Origin: an uncultured candidate division Zixibacteria bacterium
Lineage (GTDB): Bacteria > Zixibacteria > MSB-5A5 > GN15 > FEB-12
Length of the DNA: 64,000 nucleotides
Direction: 5' to 3'
NCBI GenBank assembly: GCA_963664195.1
Contig: OY760907.1
Span: forward strand, 320,001-384,000
Shown: piece by piece, positions 19,215-27,699 of the stretch
How the letters are laid out: every line of letters starts with the position of its first letter
Numbering within the stretch: position 1 is the first letter of the stretch
Made by a program: the position numbers and the translations under genes
Notes under the pieces: generated by a model
Seen by the model: the letters and a program-made list of their open reading frames with translations, nothing else
Database searches by the model: none
What the model was told of the DNA's origin: nothing

Positions 19215-20059
19215 CACTGCCTCCACATGTAGCGCAGCAAAGACCCGATTGTCTCACGGAGGTCCTTGCGTTCGACGATTTTATCGAGGAACCCCTTATC
19301 CATGAAGAATTCCGAAGACTGAAACCCTTCGGGAAGGTCCTGCCCGATTGTCTGTTGAATCACACGCGGACCGGCGAACCCGAGAAGGGCCTTCGGCTCG
19401 GCAATGATAACGTCGCCAAGCGATGCATACGAGGCCATCACACCAGCGGTCGTCGGATTGGTCAACACAGAAATATACGGAAGCTTCTTGTCGGCAAGCA
19501 CCGCGAGGAGCCCGGAGGTCTTGGCCATTTGCATAAGAGAGAGGATTCCCTCCTGCATACGGGCACCACCGGAACATGAAACGATAATCAGCGGAATCTC
19601 TCTGTCAATGGCGCGCTCAATCGCGCGGGCCACGCGTTCGCCGACTACCGAACCCATTGATCCGCCGATAAATCCGAAATCCATAATAGCGAACGATACG
19701 GGAATGCCCTCGATCTTGCCGATCCCCGTGATCAATCCTTCGGACCCATTGGCCTTGGTGTTGGCCGCCTTCAGACGATCCGGGTATCGCTTGGAGTCCT
19801 TAAACTCAAGCGGGTCGACAGAATGCGTATTGGTATCGAACTTTTCGAGTTGACCGTCATCAAGAATAAGGTTGATATATTTCTGGCTGGATATACGAAA
19901 ATGGAAATTACAGTTGGGACAGACCCAATTGAGCTGTTCCATTTTCTTGCTGTAAACGATCTCGCCGCAGGACTTGCACTTGGTCCAGAGTCCTTCCGGA
20001 ATGTTTTTTCTCTCCTGCGAGACCGGGCCTGATTTCGCTTTTCTAAACCACTCTACCAT
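19214..20059 (-). CDS. accD: Acetyl-CoA carboxylase carboxyltransferase beta subunit
   Basis: LWTKCKSC..CPNC zinc finger, FIGGSMGSVVGE, SGGARMQEG, FAGPRVI. Confidence 0.97.
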   Translation of the reverse strand: MVEWFRKAKSGPVSQERKNIPEGLWTKCKSCGEIVYSKKMEQLNWVCPNCNFHFRISSQKYINLILDDGQLEKFDTNTHSVDPLEFKDSKRYPDRLKAANTKANGSEGLITGIGKIEGIPVSFAIMDFGFIGGSMGSVVGERVARAIERAIDREIPLIIVSCSGGARMQEGILSLMQMAKTSGLLAVLADKKLPYISVLTNPTTAGVMASYASLGDVIIAEPKALLGFAGPRVIQQTIGQDLPEGFQSSEFFMDKGFLDKIVERKDLRETIGSLLRYMWRQ

Positions 20060-20062
20060 AGT

Positions 20063-20527
20063 CTACTCGTCATCCCTAACGGTCTGCAAATGTCGCAACA
20101 TGACCACCGCATCCTCAACCGGATGGCGATAGTAACCAGGTCTCCGGTACAACTCGACAAATCCCGCCTTGGCGTAGAAACGTCGTGCAGCCTCATTGCT
20201 GGGTCTGACCTCAAGCAAGATGATCTCGCACGCGTCGTCCAGAGCAAACTTTAAAATACGATCAAGAAGCTGTTTGGCAACCAATTTTCTCCGCCATGCG
20301 GGTGCCACGGCCATGTTGGCCAGGTGTGCCTCGCCAGCCACGATCATGTGGCAGGCATAGCCGACAATCTCTCCCTCGACCACGGCGACGGTCGCTCCCC
20401 AGGTATCCTCAACGAATATCTCGTCGAATGCGGTCCGGGGCCAGGCATCGGGGAAAATCTCCAATTCCAGGGCGAAAACAGCGTCGATATCATCCGGAGT
20501 CATGTCGCGAAGGACAGGTACGATCAT
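20063..20527 (-). CDS. rimI: Ribosomal-protein-alanine N-acetyltransferase
   Basis: GNAT motifs LEVRPSNEAARRFY..GF..RPGYY..EDAVVM; tsaE-tsaB-rimI context. Confidence 0.9.
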   Translation of the reverse strand: MIVPVLRDMTPDDIDAVFALELEIFPDAWPRTAFDEIFVEDTWGATVAVVEGEIVGYACHMIVAGEAHLANMAVAPAWRRKLVAKQLLDRILKFALDDACEIILLEVRPSNEAARRFYAKAGFVELYRRPGYYRHPVEDAVVMLRHLQTVRDDE

Positions 20528-20528
20528 G

Positions 20529-21215
20529 CTATTGCTTGTTTTTCTGGTCAAATCGCACCTCGGCGATGGCCTTCTGGAGATACATTGGTTCGAGAGTCGC
20601 CAGGTCCGCCGTTTCTCCACTCATGAGCTTCGCGAGACCGCAATGCACCAGATCGGTGCCGGAATACTCGAATATATCCGTTTGGGTGGCACCAAAACCG
20701 TCGTCAAACAGCTCTCGCGGGTCAAACCCGACACCCCACACGGGATCACTGCCTACGCGTTCCAGCAAGTCGACACCGGTGACAATATTGATATCAGCCC
20801 CGAAGTCATCTCCCCGGCCAAACGTACCGAGATACCATTCCCCCTTGCGCGAGGGGATCAGCAAATGGACAATGTCTTCCGACTCACGCTGCTTGAAGGC
20901 AAACAACTCAAACAGATTGACCCCAACAACAGGAATTTCGGTTGCCGTGGCCATCCCCTTCACGGCCGCCAGCCCGATCCGAAGACCGGTGAACGAGCCG
21001 GGGCCGAGGCAAATAACCAGAGCATCGAGGGCATCCGGAGTCGTCCCCGATGATTGGAACAGCTCGTCGATCATCTTCATGAGCAGAATCCCGTGGGACC
21101 TCTCCACCGGATTATCGGATTTGACCAGGCGGTCTCCCCCGTATGCGAGCGCCAGCACCAGCCGATGCGAAGAAGTGTCAATAGCCAGAAGATTCTTGTA
21201 TGTCAGTTCAGTCAT
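20529..21215 (-). CDS. tsaB: tRNA threonylcarbamoyladenosine biosynthesis protein TsaB
   Basis: LLAIDTS, GPGSFTGLRIG, LEPMYL. Confidence 0.93.
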   Translation of the reverse strand: MTELTYKNLLAIDTSSHRLVLALAYGGDRLVKSDNPVERSHGILLMKMIDELFQSSGTTPDALDALVICLGPGSFTGLRIGLAAVKGMATATEIPVVGVNLFELFAFKQRESEDIVHLLIPSRKGEWYLGTFGRGDDFGADINIVTGVDLLERVGSDPVWGVGFDPRELFDDGFGATQTDIFEYSGTDLVHCGLAKLMSGETADLATLEPMYLQKAIAEVRFDQKNKQ

Positions 21216-21643
21216 GATTGTACTCGTGATATCTCAATCTGCCTCTCGGTGTCGTCGGTGATCGTAAACTCGATCATATAATACTCGCCCGGCAGCATTT
21301 CAGCCGCCCGTTCGCCCCATTCAACCAACGTCACACCGCCTCTATCCAGGTATTCGTCCCAGCCGATTTCTACCAGTTCCGAAGTATCTCCGAGGCGATA
21401 GAGATCGAAGTGAAAGACCGGCGGTTCGCCGCCGTACTCGTTGACAAACGTGTACGAGGGGGAGTGCACTTTGTCCTCATCTATCCCGCGCGCTGCTACC
21501 AGCGCACGGACAAACGTAGTCTTGCCGGAGCCGAGGTCTCCCTTGAGTACGACAAGATCACCGGCGATAAACGAGTTCGACAGTTTTTTGGCCAACGCCA
21601 GGGTCTGATCTTCTGAATGCGAAATAATACTCAGAATTCTCAC
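21212..21643 (-). CDS. tsaE: tRNA threonylcarbamoyladenosine biosynthesis ATPase TsaE
   Basis: GDLGSGKTTF, SPSYT, HFDLYRL, VEW. Confidence 0.95.
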   Translation of the reverse strand: MRILSIISHSEDQTLALAKKLSNSFIAGDLVVLKGDLGSGKTTFVRALVAARGIDEDKVHSPSYTFVNEYGGEPPVFHFDLYRLGDTSELVEIGWDEYLDRGGVTLVEWGERAAEMLPGEYYMIEFTITDDTERQIEISRVQS

Positions 21644-21646
21644 AGA

Positions 21647-23206
21647 CTACCTCGGGGTCATCACGGCAACCGGGACGATCAGTTCCTCAAGCGAAACACC
21701 GCCATGTTGAAACGAGTTCTGGAACCGGCGATTCATCTCGTTGTAGTTGTTCGGGTAGACGAAATAGAAATCCTCGCGGGCAATAATGAACGTCGTACTC
21801 AGGGTGAACGACGGCAACCGCCATTTCTCCGGCTGCTTGATCAGGATAGACTCTTTCTCGTCCGAATTCAGGTTGTCACCATACTTGTAGCGAAGATTGG
21901 TCGAGGTGCTTCGCCGCCCGTGTGCCATTGTCCCCCGCTGACACAAGACCGAACCATGATCGGAGGTCAGTACGACCGTACAATCCCGCTGCGCAAACGC
22001 CTTGAGAATGGTGAAGAGCGGAGAGTGTGTGAACCAGCTTTTCATCAACGAACGGAACGCTGCCTCGGTGCCGGCGATTTCCTTGAGGATGACGTTGTTG
22101 GACCGACCGTGAGCCATGATGTCCAGAAAATTGAACACAAAGGTTGTAAGCTGCGGCTCAAAGAAATCGGACACACGTTTGGCAAGCTCATCTCCCTCGG
22201 AGTTGTTGTATATCTTCACGAACTTGGACTGTTTATCCAGACGAAGCCCGTGCCGCACCAGATTGTCCGACAACATCTCATCCTCGAATCGGTTCAGAGA
22301 GCCTTCCTCGTCGGTCGCGTAGTTCTTCGGATAGGCCTTGTGGATCTCGTCGGGGAACAGCCCGGCAAACAGGGCATTACGGGCAAACGGCGTGGCGGAA
22401 GGCAACAACGAATAATAATAATGACGCTGCACGTTGAAGAACTCGGCCACAAGCGGCTCGACCAGCATCCACTGATCGAGACGCAGACAGTCCACCACAA
22501 CATACACAACTTTGTGCTTCTTCTTCAGCTCCGGGATCACAAACTTGCCAGTAATGTCCGGCGAAAGCAACGGGCGCTCTTCCAGATGCAGCCAGTTCTG
22601 GTACTGACCCAGGAAATACTTCGTGAACTCGTTATTCCACTCTTTGATTGTGCCCGTATGGATTTCTTTCAGTGCCGGATCGTTGGACTCGTCGATTTCG
22701 AGATTCCACTCCGCGAGAATCCGGGCGGCATCATACCAGTCTTCAGGCTCTAATGCTCCGTACAGCCGCTGATTGAACTTGTTGATTTCCGTCATGTAGC
22801 GACGCATGAGAGACGACCCGATTATCTTTTTGGAATCGAGCAGCCTCTTGATGACGGAAAGAATCTGTGTGGGTACGACCGGCTTCACGAGGTAGTCGTC
22901 GATCTTCTGCCCGATGGCGTCGTCCATAAGCGATTCTTCTTCGGATTTCGTCACCATCACCACGGGAAGATGCGGCCTGATACTCTTGATCTCTTCCAGG
23001 GTGGTGAGACCGTCCATGCCGGGCATCATCTCATCGAGCAGTACGAGGTCAAACATCTCCTCGCGTACTGCCACCAGGGCGTCATCGCCGGACATTGCCC
23101 CCTTCACCTCGAATCCCTTGTTTTCGAGGAACATGATGTGCGGCTTCAACGAATCGATTTCGTCATCAACCCAGAGAATGCGCTTTTTGTCGGTAGTCAT
23201 TGCCAT
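21647..23206 (-). CDS. porX: Response regulator with PglZ/alkaline-phosphatase domain (PorX-like)
   Basis: ILWVDDEIDSLKPH, LLDEMMPG, DCLRLDQW, LPSATPFARN, TSDHG, FQHGGVSLEE; upstream of tsaE as in Bacteroidota. Confidence 0.85.
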   Translation of the reverse strand: MAMTTDKKRILWVDDEIDSLKPHIMFLENKGFEVKGAMSGDDALVAVREEMFDLVLLDEMMPGMDGLTTLEEIKSIRPHLPVVMVTKSEEESLMDDAIGQKIDDYLVKPVVPTQILSVIKRLLDSKKIIGSSLMRRYMTEINKFNQRLYGALEPEDWYDAARILAEWNLEIDESNDPALKEIHTGTIKEWNNEFTKYFLGQYQNWLHLEERPLLSPDITGKFVIPELKKKHKVVYVVVDCLRLDQWMLVEPLVAEFFNVQRHYYYSLLPSATPFARNALFAGLFPDEIHKAYPKNYATDEEGSLNRFEDEMLSDNLVRHGLRLDKQSKFVKIYNNSEGDELAKRVSDFFEPQLTTFVFNFLDIMAHGRSNNVILKEIAGTEAAFRSLMKSWFTHSPLFTILKAFAQRDCTVVLTSDHGSVLCQRGTMAHGRRSTSTNLRYKYGDNLNSDEKESILIKQPEKWRLPSFTLSTTFIIAREDFYFVYPNNYNEMNRRFQNSFQHGGVSLEELIVPVAVMTPR

Positions 23207-23215
23207 CGTATAACC

Positions 23216-24481
23216 TCATTCCCCTTGCGAGACCGGCAGAATAACCTCAAACACGGTCTCTCCCGGGTGTGATTTTACCAAAGAAATACGTCCGCCGTGG
23301 TAATCCTCGACAATACGCTTGACCAATGTCAGTCCCATCCCCCACCCACGCTTTTTGGTCGTGAAACCGGGGCGGAATATCTTACGCGCCGCCGTGACCG
23401 GAATGCCCTTGCCGTTGTCAACCACGGTCACTGCCACCTTCTTGCCATCGTGCCGACAAGACGTACTGACCGTTATACGCCCGACCTTCGAATCCACCGA
23501 TTGCAATGCATTCTTGAGCAGGTTTTCGAGCACCCAGCCAAACAGTTCGGCATTGATAGGCACCGGAGGCAAATCGCCCTGTTTGAGATGAATCTGTATC
23601 CCCTTTCCTTCAAACGGGAGGCGTCGACGGTAGTATTCTGTAGCCTCTTCGGAGAGAGCGTTCAGGTCGCCCGGCTTAAGTTCTGGAATCGATCCAATCA
23701 AGCCGAATCGATTGGCTACTCGCTGGAGGCGGACCACATCGACCTTCATATTGTCGACCGTGACGTCGAGCAGTTCCTGCTCGTCCTTGTGTTCCATATC
23801 GTGACGGTTCTCGTAGCTGATAACTTCCAGCCATCCCAGCAGCGATGAAAGCGGCGTGCCCAGCTGATGCGCGGTTTCCTTGGCCATGCCAACCCAGATA
23901 TATCTTTCTTCGCTTCGACGGATATTCTGAAAACCGATCATCCCGACACTCATAAACGCCAGCACGATGCCAATCGCTATGAACGGCATCACCTTGAGCT
24001 GGTTGATGACCTCGGAGTCACCGTAGCGAAGGTAATTGACGTTTGTTTCGCCAAAGTAGAGCGGAAACTCGCCGTATTTGTCGAACATGTCCTGAGCGAT
24101 TTCGCGCACACGGGCAAGGGTTGCGGCGGTGGTGTCGCCGGAGGGTGCCTCTGGAATGTTGCGCCAGGAAATCGGCTCGCTCTCGGTCCCTAGAACGACA
24201 ATCGGAAATCTGGCTTTGACGATAATCTCATCGAAGATGAACTGCAATTCGCCGCCATAGCCGGAGTTGGTCGGTGCGTTCGCCGCCAATTGCCACAGGC
24301 TGACGTATTTCTCGACCTGATCACGGGCATCGATCTGCAGTTTGTCAATCAATGACAGCGTATGGTAGATGAAAAGCGTCGATATAGCCAGCACCCCCAC
24401 CACAAGGAAAACCTTGAACAGGGCGGATTTGCCTACGTAGAGGTCAGAGGTACCTCGAATGAGCGACCATCGGGTAGCCAT
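23216..24481 (-). CDS. Membrane sensor histidine kinase
   Basis: Two TM segments, WVGMAKETAHQLGTPLSSL H-box, ENLLKNA, GFTTKKRGWGMGL. Confidence 0.9.
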   Translation of the reverse strand: MATRWSLIRGTSDLYVGKSALFKVFLVVGVLAISTLFIYHTLSLIDKLQIDARDQVEKYVSLWQLAANAPTNSGYGGELQFIFDEIIVKARFPIVVLGTESEPISWRNIPEAPSGDTTAATLARVREIAQDMFDKYGEFPLYFGETNVNYLRYGDSEVINQLKVMPFIAIGIVLAFMSVGMIGFQNIRRSEERYIWVGMAKETAHQLGTPLSSLLGWLEVISYENRHDMEHKDEQELLDVTVDNMKVDVVRLQRVANRFGLIGSIPELKPGDLNALSEEATEYYRRRLPFEGKGIQIHLKQGDLPPVPINAELFGWVLENLLKNALQSVDSKVGRITVSTSCRHDGKKVAVTVVDNGKGIPVTAARKIFRPGFTTKKRGWGMGLTLVKRIVEDYHGGRISLVKSHPGETVFEVILPVSQGE

Positions 24482-25749
24482 TATTCGATCCGCGTAGCTC
24501 CATTCATGTACGGCTGAAGGGCATCGGGAATGCTCACCGTACCATCGGAGTTCTGGTAGTTCTCCAGAATGGCCGGAATCAGGCGGGCCAGCGCGACACC
24601 GGAACCGTTCAGCGTGTGCGGGAATTCCAACTTCTTCTCTTTGTTGCGGAAACGACAGTTCATTCGACGAGATTGGAAGGACTCAAAAATAGAAATGGAT
24701 GAAATCTCAAGATACTTCTCGATCCCTGACGCCCAGAGCTCCAAATCGTAACATTTCGCCGCAGCAAAGGACAAGTCGCCCGTGGCAAGTTCCGTGACCT
24801 GATAGTGCAAACCAAGCCCCTGAAGGACTTTCTCTGCCTGAGCAACCAGCGTTTCCAACTCGTCGTAGGAATTATCGGGGTGGACTATCTTGACCATCTC
24901 CACCTTGTCGAACTGGTGGACACGGATCATGCCGCGCGTATCTTTGCCGGCAGCTCCTGCCTCGCGACGAAAACAGGGCGTATGTGCGACCATCTTGATC
25001 GGCAGGTCATCCTCGTCAATGATCTTCTTCTTATAGAGATTCGTGACCGGAACCTCGGCCGTCGGAATCAGATACAGGTCGTCGCTCTCGATGCGATACA
25101 TGTCATCTTCGAGTTTCGGAAGCTGCCCTGTCCCGCGCATCGTGTCCGCGGTGACAATATGGGGAACTTTGACTTCCTCGTAACCGTCGGCTACATGCAT
25201 GTCGAGCATATAGCTGATGAGCGCACGTTCAAGCCGGGCACCTGCCCCCTTAAGGACATAGAAACCCGCCCCTGAAAGATTAGTGGCGCCCTCAAGATCG
25301 AGAATACCGAGCTTCTCCCCTATTTCCCAGTGCGGGAGGACCTCGAAATCCTGCTTGGGCTTTTCACCCCAGGTTCGCACCAACACGTTTGCGGATTCAT
25401 CGAGACCGACCGGCGCGGACTCGTGCGGCATATTCGGCACCCAGAGCAGGAGGCCGTTGAGGTCCTCGTCGACCTTGCGCAAATCGTTGTCGAGCGAGGC
25501 GATCTCCTTGCCGACCTCACGCATGGCCGCGATAGCGTCATCGGCCGCTTCACCGGCTTTTTTCTTCCTGGCGATCTCAGCGGTGGCCTTATTTCGCTCG
25601 GCTTTGAGATGCTCGACGTTGTGGATTATCTCCCGTCGCTGCTCATCGAGTTTGAGGATCGCATCGACATCGCATTTCTTTTCGTTTTTGTTGGCGGCCC
25701 CGGTTTTCACGAGGTCGGGGTTTTCTCTAATAAATCTCAGATCCAGCAT
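24481..25749 (-). CDS. serS: Serine--tRNA ligase
   Basis: MLDLRFIREN, LIPTAEVP, FRREAG..RVHQFDKVE, HTLNGSGVA. Confidence 0.97.
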   Translation of the reverse strand: MLDLRFIRENPDLVKTGAANKNEKKCDVDAILKLDEQRREIIHNVEHLKAERNKATAEIARKKKAGEAADDAIAAMREVGKEIASLDNDLRKVDEDLNGLLLWVPNMPHESAPVGLDESANVLVRTWGEKPKQDFEVLPHWEIGEKLGILDLEGATNLSGAGFYVLKGAGARLERALISYMLDMHVADGYEEVKVPHIVTADTMRGTGQLPKLEDDMYRIESDDLYLIPTAEVPVTNLYKKKIIDEDDLPIKMVAHTPCFRREAGAAGKDTRGMIRVHQFDKVEMVKIVHPDNSYDELETLVAQAEKVLQGLGLHYQVTELATGDLSFAAAKCYDLELWASGIEKYLEISSISIFESFQSRRMNCRFRNKEKKLEFPHTLNGSGVALARLIPAILENYQNSDGTVSIPDALQPYMNGATRIE

Positions 25750-25879
25750 ATACGTACCTATAGCCTGTAGTTCTCATAAACGGCTGACGATTCAAGGTTC
25801 CAAGTTACGACAATTCAAGCGATTTCACCAGTCAAAGGAAAGCGGTGCGCACGCCTTTTCCGGGAGTTGATTCGGACTC

Positions 25880-25984
25880 GTGACCGTCTGGGCGCCACCC
25901 CTGACGAGAGTAACAATCGCAAATGGGTGGCCCCTTCAAACTTGTTTGGAGGGGATTGTGTGGGCGGCAGACGACAAGTCTGCT
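25880..25984 (+). repeat. Three tandem REP-like palindromes of different types
   Basis: GTGACCGTCTGGGCGCCACCCCTGACG, GGGTGGCCCCTTCAAACTTGTTTGGAGGGG and GTGGGCGGCAGACGACAAGTCTGC; first and third resemble hairpins at 31.8-33.3 kb. Confidence 0.6.
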
Positions 25985-26046
25985 CCAGCCGCACGTTTTT
26001 GGAGACGATTGTTCTTCTTTTGGTGCCTGCTTATGTAAGAAAGTTC

Positions 26047-26074
26047 TTGCCTTTTTCCGATTTGTGCATAGTAT
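26047..26074 (+). promoter_or_regulatory. Putative sigma70 promoter of rpmB
   Basis: TTGCCT-N16-TAGTAT. Confidence 0.5.
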
Positions 26075-26109
26075 TAGGGTCTATCTTGATTCAGGAGTTG
26101 TGGATTAGT

Positions 26110-26331
26110 ATGGCTAAAGTATGTGAAATCTGCGGGAAGAAGCCGATGTTCGGCAACAATGTTTCCCACGCTCATAATATTACGAAACGGCGTTTTGTGC
26201 CAAATCTGCAGAAGATTCGTGCCCTGGTCGACGGCAAACCGAAACGTTTGACGGTTTGTACTTCCTGCCTCAAAGCGGGCAAGGTGACGAAGAACGTGCA
26301 GAAGAAGCCGACTAAACCAGTCGTAGCTTAG
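26110..26331 (+). CDS. rpmB: 50S ribosomal protein L28 (zinc-ribbon type)
   Basis: [46 protein letters not shown]. Confidence 0.96.
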   Translation: MAKVCEICGKKPMFGNNVSHAHNITKRRFVPNLQKIRALVDGKPKRLTVCTSCLKAGKVTKNVQKKPTKPVVA

Positions 26332-26382
26332 AGCGTTCAGACAATGGTCGAATTTATGTAATGGATTTGACTGCAAAGATTT

Positions 26383-26408
26383 AACCGCCTTTCGAGGCGG
26401 TTTTTTTT
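26383..26408 (+). terminator. Intrinsic terminator after rpmB
   Basis: AACCGCCT-ttcg-AGGCGG followed by T8. Confidence 0.9.
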
Positions 26409-26440
26409 GTTGGTGACGCAAATCACTTCACAAACACAAT

Positions 26441-26472
26441 ATGCCGCCGGGTGGAGTAGTACCCGGCGGCAT
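26441..26472. terminator. Hairpin downstream of the flagellin gene
   Basis: ATGCCGCCGGGT...ACCCGGCGGCAT 12-bp stem. Confidence 0.6.
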
Positions 26473-26517
26473 TTTCACAACAGCCATCCTATTGCGCAAA
26501 CAGGGGAGGAAGGGGGC

Positions 26518-27288
26518 TTACATATTAAACAAACTCAATACCGTCTCACTGGCAATCCGTGAGTGAATCATCATTGCCGTCGAAGCCTGGGACCGGATCA
26601 TGGAAGCCATGTAATTCGCGATTTCCTGGGCATAGTCGGTATCGGTGATCGAGGATTCGGCCGCCGTAAGGTTCTGCTGCGTGACTTGCAGCGAGGTCCG
26701 TCTCGCCTCCAGTTCGTTGCGCTGTGTGGCCCCGAGCTCAACCGTGGCTCCGCGAAGTCCTGATGCCGCAGCATCGATAGCCTCCAGCGAAGCAACGGCG
26801 GCCTCGGGCGAAGAAAGGTCGACCCCTGTCAGTTCGCCAATCTCGGCGACCGATCCCTGGGATCCATCGAAAAGGGTTCGACCATTGTAGGAAGCGTCCG
26901 TGATCTGGCGGTTATACGACCGTACCAGACTGTCCGCCGCCTGGGTATACGCTTGCTGGGCGGCCTCGCTGTTAAGACCTTCGTTGGCTGCCCCGACCGC
27001 CAGCGAGCGTAGTTCTGAAAGACTGCTGTCAAGCCCGACAAGGGTGCTCGACGCGTACTCATACTTATTGATCAGATCGGAGATGTTGTCGATCTCCTGG
27101 CTTAGCGCTCCGATCTGACTCTGCAGCTGTTGCGAAATCACCAGTCCGGCCGGATCATCGGCGGCGCTGTTGATTCGCTTCCCCGAGGACAGCTTCGCAA
27201 GCGAAGAGTACATGTCCTGAAGATTCTGATTGAGACCGATCACCATACTATTCGAGGCGAAATTCGATCCGAGCCTGTTCGTCAGCAT
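26518..27288 (-). CDS. Short flagellin-family protein
   Basis: KLSSGKRINSAADDPAGLVIS N-domain, LGATQ, NLTAAESSITDTDYAQE C-domain; start set at ATG 27288 (256 aa). Confidence 0.88.
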   Translation of the reverse strand: MLTNRLGSNFASNSMVIGLNQNLQDMYSSLAKLSSGKRINSAADDPAGLVISQQLQSQIGALSQEIDNISDLINKYEYASSTLVGLDSSLSELRSLAVGAANEGLNSEAAQQAYTQAADSLVRSYNRQITDASYNGRTLFDGSQGSVAEIGELTGVDLSSPEAAVASLEAIDAAASGLRGATVELGATQRNELEARRTSLQVTQQNLTAAESSITDTDYAQEIANYMASMIRSQASTAMMIHSRIASETVLSLFNM

Positions 27289-27340
27289 AGTCTTGCTACC
27301 CCTTCTCCGCTTTGTGACGGGAGTTAACAGAAGACAGAGT

Positions 27341-27356
27341 TGCAACTGGCATGCCG
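27341..27356 (-). promoter_or_regulatory. Sigma54 promoter of the flagellin gene
   Basis: CGGCATGCCAGTTGCA (GG-N10-GC), about 52 nt upstream of the ATG. Confidence 0.7.
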
Positions 27357-27699
27357 CCGCGCACGGACAATTTAAGATGTTGTGGCACAAGGAGGTAGCC
27401 GCCGGCACGAAAAAGCACCGGGTAGAAACAGGCGAGAACAGTGGGGCCTTCCCCATAGGTTGTGGGACAGATGAAACAGTTGCTGGAGCGCAATCCCTCA
27501 CCCGGGTACGGACGTGCCGACGACGGCATTCGGGATGCGGGCTGTGGGTTCCTTCGACGGGGAAATCGAGCGATCTGGCAATCGAGTCACGCTGAGCCTG
27601 TCGAAGTGTGCGCTACTCGATTGACTCGGACTCAGATTCCGAATCACAGATGTTGTTGGTCAGACTCGTTATCGGACTTGACACGACGCGGGACTACCA

